Source: Candidatus Methanomethylophilaceae archaeon
Lineage (GTDB): Archaea; Thermoplasmatota; Thermoplasmata; Methanomassiliicoccales; Methanomethylophilaceae
Assembly (NCBI GenBank): GCA_944321505.1
Contig: CALULN010000027.1
Span: 10,672 to 74,671 of the forward strand
Length of the DNA: 64,000 nucleotides
Direction: 5' to 3'
In this document: piece by piece, positions 61,638 to 64,000 of the stretch
How the letters are laid out: each line of letters begins with the position of its first letter
How positions within the stretch are numbered: the first letter of the stretch is position 1
Translations under genes and position numbers: made by a program
Notes under the pieces: generated by a model
What the model was told of the DNA's origin: nothing
Databases searched by the model: none
The model's input: the letters and a program-made list of their open reading frames with translations, nothing else

Positions 61638-64000
61638 TCACCTGTGCAGCGAGACCACCAGGATACCGGCCATGCAGGCCACCATCATGGCTGTGCTTAC
61701 GAACAGCGCCCCGGAGAGCGCGGCCGCAGCGCAGGCGATGATCACCATGGCGAGGAGCCCTGCGGTGAAGCTGCTCCCTTCCTTCGCGTACCTGACAGCC
61801 TGGACGATCACCGCCAGGATGCCGATGCCGAAGGTCGCCGCCCAGAACAGGTTCTCCGGCAGGGAGCCCACGTTCAGGATGGTGCTGAGGGCCATCATCA
61901 CACCGGTCAGGACGATCAGTGCGCCGGTGGCGGTGCCGTAGGCGTCCTCCCTGGACCTGCTGTACGCGTATCCGAGGAGCAGCAGCAGGACGGCGGTGCC
62001 CAGAGTGCCCACGCCCATCAGGGTGTTGGCGGTGCCGGTGAGCTCCAGCATCCCGTGCATGCCCAGGTCCTGCAGACCGACGCCTCCCAGGACGGCTGCG
62101 ACGGCGATGCAGACTGCGAACAGGGCGACGGCGAACATGCCGATGTAGCCGGTGTTGTGGCGGGTGAACCTGAAGGTCCCCTCCTGCAGGCTCTTGGGTC
62201 CGACCCAGTTCCACCTGCCCAGCAGATGCATGACGGCGGGCACGATGTACGTGCGCACGATCAGCGCATCGACCGCGATGGCGAAGCACAGGGCGAATCC
62301 GATCTCCTGCAGCATGGGGGAGGTGGACAGCATCATGGTGCCGAAGGCTCCCGCCATGATCAGGCCACAGATGGTGATGACCGATCCGGACTTGTGGATG
62401 GCCTCCTTGATGGCGGTGTCGTTGTCCATGCCCCTGGAGACGTTCTCCTTGATGCGGGTGGTCAGCAGGATATCGTAGTCCATGCCCAGCCCGAGGCAGA
62501 TCACGAACAGGATGATCGGCATGATGAAGGACACCGGCACGCCCAGCAGCCCCTCGAAGACGATGAACGTGAGGCCGAGGGTCCACACGATGCTCATGGC
62601 GATGGTGACGATGGCGCGGATCGGGGTGATGTACGACTTCATCACGAAGAACAGCAGCAGGAAGATCAGAACGACCACAAGCAGCTCAATCATGGTGAAC
62701 TCGTTGTTGACGATCTGAGCGATGTCGTGGGTTGCGGCGACGGAGCCGGTGACGAAGCTGGCGGTGAACAGCGCCTTGCCGGCCTCGGAGGCATCGAACT
62801 CATCGACGATGCCGATGATGCCGGTGATGCTGTCCATGGACTTGTTGGACATGGGCTCGTCCACGGTGGTGACGGTCATGCGGATGTACTGCTTGCCGTC
62901 ATACACGCTGGAGGTGGTGCCGAGCATGGTATTGGCCTCGTAGTCGATGATCATGCCGACGAAGTCAACCATCTCGTCTCCGAGTCCTGCGTCGATTCCG
63001 GCCTGGATGAGGTTGATGAGGAGCCCCTTCATCTCGTCGCCGAGGTAGTCGAACATGGACTCGTTCTGTATCACGGCGATGGCCGCATGGGCAGCGTCGG
63101 TGCCGCTGCTCTGAGCCGTGACCTGCGCCATGTAGGCGAAGCTGTACAGCGGGGTGACGCTGGCGATGTTGTCGTCCGACGACTGGATGCTGTTGGCCAG
63201 CCCGGTGGTCGCCTCGACGTACCTCATACCGGTATCGGTCCATACCAGGAAACCGACATCCATCTGCTGGAGGCCCAAACTCTGCAGCAACGTTAACAGA
63301 TCCCCAGAAACCTCACCTCCCATGATCACCTGCATCAGGGTCTCCTCTTCATAGAGGGGCTCGGAACCCTGCTCGAGCTCCAGCAGCACGTAGGTGGGCA
63401 TGATGAGCCCTCCGTTGCCTGTATCGGTGATCGCCTCGACTCCGTCCTTGGCCTCGCCGGCGGGCATGGTGCCTATCATGTCGTAGGACCCTTCGTTGGA
63501 GGTGGCCACATACGCCAGTGGCACCGTGACCAGTATCGCGGCGAGGACGATGGGTACGGCGTACTTGGTGGCATGCTCCGCGGAGCTCTTGAAATAGCGC
63601 TCCCCGAGCCTGGAGACCTTGCCGTACCAGCCCTGCATGATCTTCCCGTCGGGATTCAGGCGCTCCACGGTGGTGGGGTAGAATATCCTGTCGCCGAACA
63701 GGGCGATGACGGACGGGATGAATGTGAGCGCGGCCAGCAGCGCCAGCACCACTCCGCTCGCCAGGATGATGCCCATGGTGCTGATCATGCTGAAGGAGCA
63801 GATGGACATGGCACCGAATCCGATGATGACGGAGATGCCGGAGGTGGTGATGGACTCGCCCGCCCAGGTGACTGATTCCTTTATGGCGGCGCTGTGGTCC
63901 AGCCCCCTCTTCCTCTCCTCCCTGTACCTGGCGAGGATGAATATGCAGTAGTCGCAGCCGGCACCCAGCATCGCCACCAGCACTATAGTGCTGCTGATGT
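61638..64000 (-). CDS. MMPL/RND-superfamily membrane transporter, 5' end outside the window
   Basis: Two TM bundles, each followed by the GxDYxIF...R.EE motif (GAGCDYCIFILARYREE, GLGMDYDILLTTRIKEN), with large extracytoplasmic loops. The frame stays open upstream of the track's GTG start (63983) to the window edge. Confidence 0.85.
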   Translation of the reverse strand, partial: ISSTIVLVAMLGAGCDYCIFILARYREERKRGLDHSAAIKESVTWAGESITTSGISVIIGFGAMSICSFSMISTMGIILASGVVLALLAALTFIPSVIALFGDRIFYPTTVERLNPDGKIMQGWYGKVSRLGERYFKSSAEHATKYAVPIVLAAILVTVPLAYVATSNEGSYDMIGTMPAGEAKDGVEAITDTGNGGLIMPTYVLLELEQGSEPLYEEETLMQVIMGGEVSGDLLTLLQSLGLQQMDVGFLVWTDTGMRYVEATTGLANSIQSSDDNIASVTPLYSFAYMAQVTAQSSGTDAAHAAIAVIQNESMFDYLGDEMKGLLINLIQAGIDAGLGDEMVDFVGMIIDYEANTMLGTTSSVYDGKQYIRMTVTTVDEPMSNKSMDSITGIIGIVDEFDASEAGKALFTASFVTGSVAATHDIAQIVNNEFTMIELLVVVLIFLLLFFVMKSYITPIRAIVTIAMSIVWTLGLTFIVFEGLLGVPVSFIMPIILFVICLGLGMDYDILLTTRIKENVSRGMDNDTAIKEAIHKSGSVITICGLIMAGAFGTMMLSTSPMLQEIGFALCFAIAVDALIVRTYIVPAVMHLLGRWNWVGPKSLQEGTFRFTRHNTGYIGMFAVALFAVCIAVAAVLGGVGLQDLGMHGMLELTGTANTLMGVGTLGTAVLLLLLGYAYSRSREDAYGTATGALIVLTGVMMALSTILNVGSLPENLFWAATFGIGILAVIVQAVRYAKEGSSFTAGLLAMVIIACAAAALSGALFVSTAMMVACMAGILVVSLHR

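Noticed and set aside
61176-63296. 706-aa plus-strand ORF
   Set aside because: It is antisense to the MMPL transporter gene. The translation is low-complexity (D/G/H/A/V-rich) and has no recognisable domain.
1-64000. Scan for CRISPR arrays, IS elements/transposases, integrases and rRNA genes
   Set aside because: I saw no regularly spaced direct repeats, no DDE/HUH/tyrosine-recombinase-like translations among ORFs of 60 aa or more, and no rRNA-like sequence. Their absence is by-eye only.

Overview
This is a GC-rich, very compact chromosomal segment, with many 1-8 nt start/stop overlaps, and it looks archaeal. Evidence for that: ABCE1, a four-subunit 2-oxoacid:ferredoxin oxidoreductase, a long FKBP, and AT-rich TATA-like boxes about 25 nt upstream of several start codons. 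The gene content (corrinoid uptake, BspA-type LRR adhesin-like protein, Sel1 proteins) and TGA-dominated stop codons fit a host-associated Thermoplasmata/Methanomassiliicoccales-like organism, but that placement is inference only.

Layout:
- 0-9 kb: an accessory, partly decayed region next to a tRNA. It holds a Fic toxin with an unlisted VbhA-type antitoxin, tRNA-3'-end direct repeats, GNAT/EamA/RimK gene relics, and a convergent pair of zinc-ribbon-repeat genes sharing one start-abutting palindrome. A CNNM/CorC transporter gene also lies here.
- 9-18 kb: one operon for a BtuFCD-like ABC importer plus three surface proteins, each led by a DUF4430 (transcobalamin-like) module.
- 18-36 kb: mixed housekeeping and metal genes (RimK-type ligase, Sel1, mntP, CoADR-rhodanese, ogt, beta-carbonic anhydrase, metG operon, NSS transporter, ABCE1, PHP proteins, CDF).
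- 36-44 kb: a P-loop ATPase, oxoacid oxidoreductase and MFS operon, divergent from an XRE-cupin regulator and two tandem acyl-CoA synthetases.
- 44-47 kb: a radical-SAM/SPASM enzyme flanked by a 9-Cys small ORF and a small Cys-containing protein, divergent from a DUF5685-like gene. This is my best candidate for an undescribed system (possible archaeal RiPP-like cluster).
- 47-64 kb: YqaJ nuclease, FNT, PAP2, the feoA-feoA-feoB-Cys-peptide operon, DUF1846, PNPOx-like, AAA/DUF4143, tRNA-Arg(CCU), FKBP, DUF1963, a methyltransferase-Sel1 fusion, an RluF-like gene, an LD-carboxypeptidase, and a partial MMPL transporter.

An 18-bp palindrome (ATTTAGGA-NN-TCCTAAAT) recurs upstream of mntP, the CoADR/CbiX-like pair and feoA.

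I recognised no rRNA, CRISPR array, transposase or integrase. All family assignments come from motif recognition by eye, with no database search. Where the ORF track starts at GTG/TTG I often moved the start to the first ATG, and I say so in the evidence.
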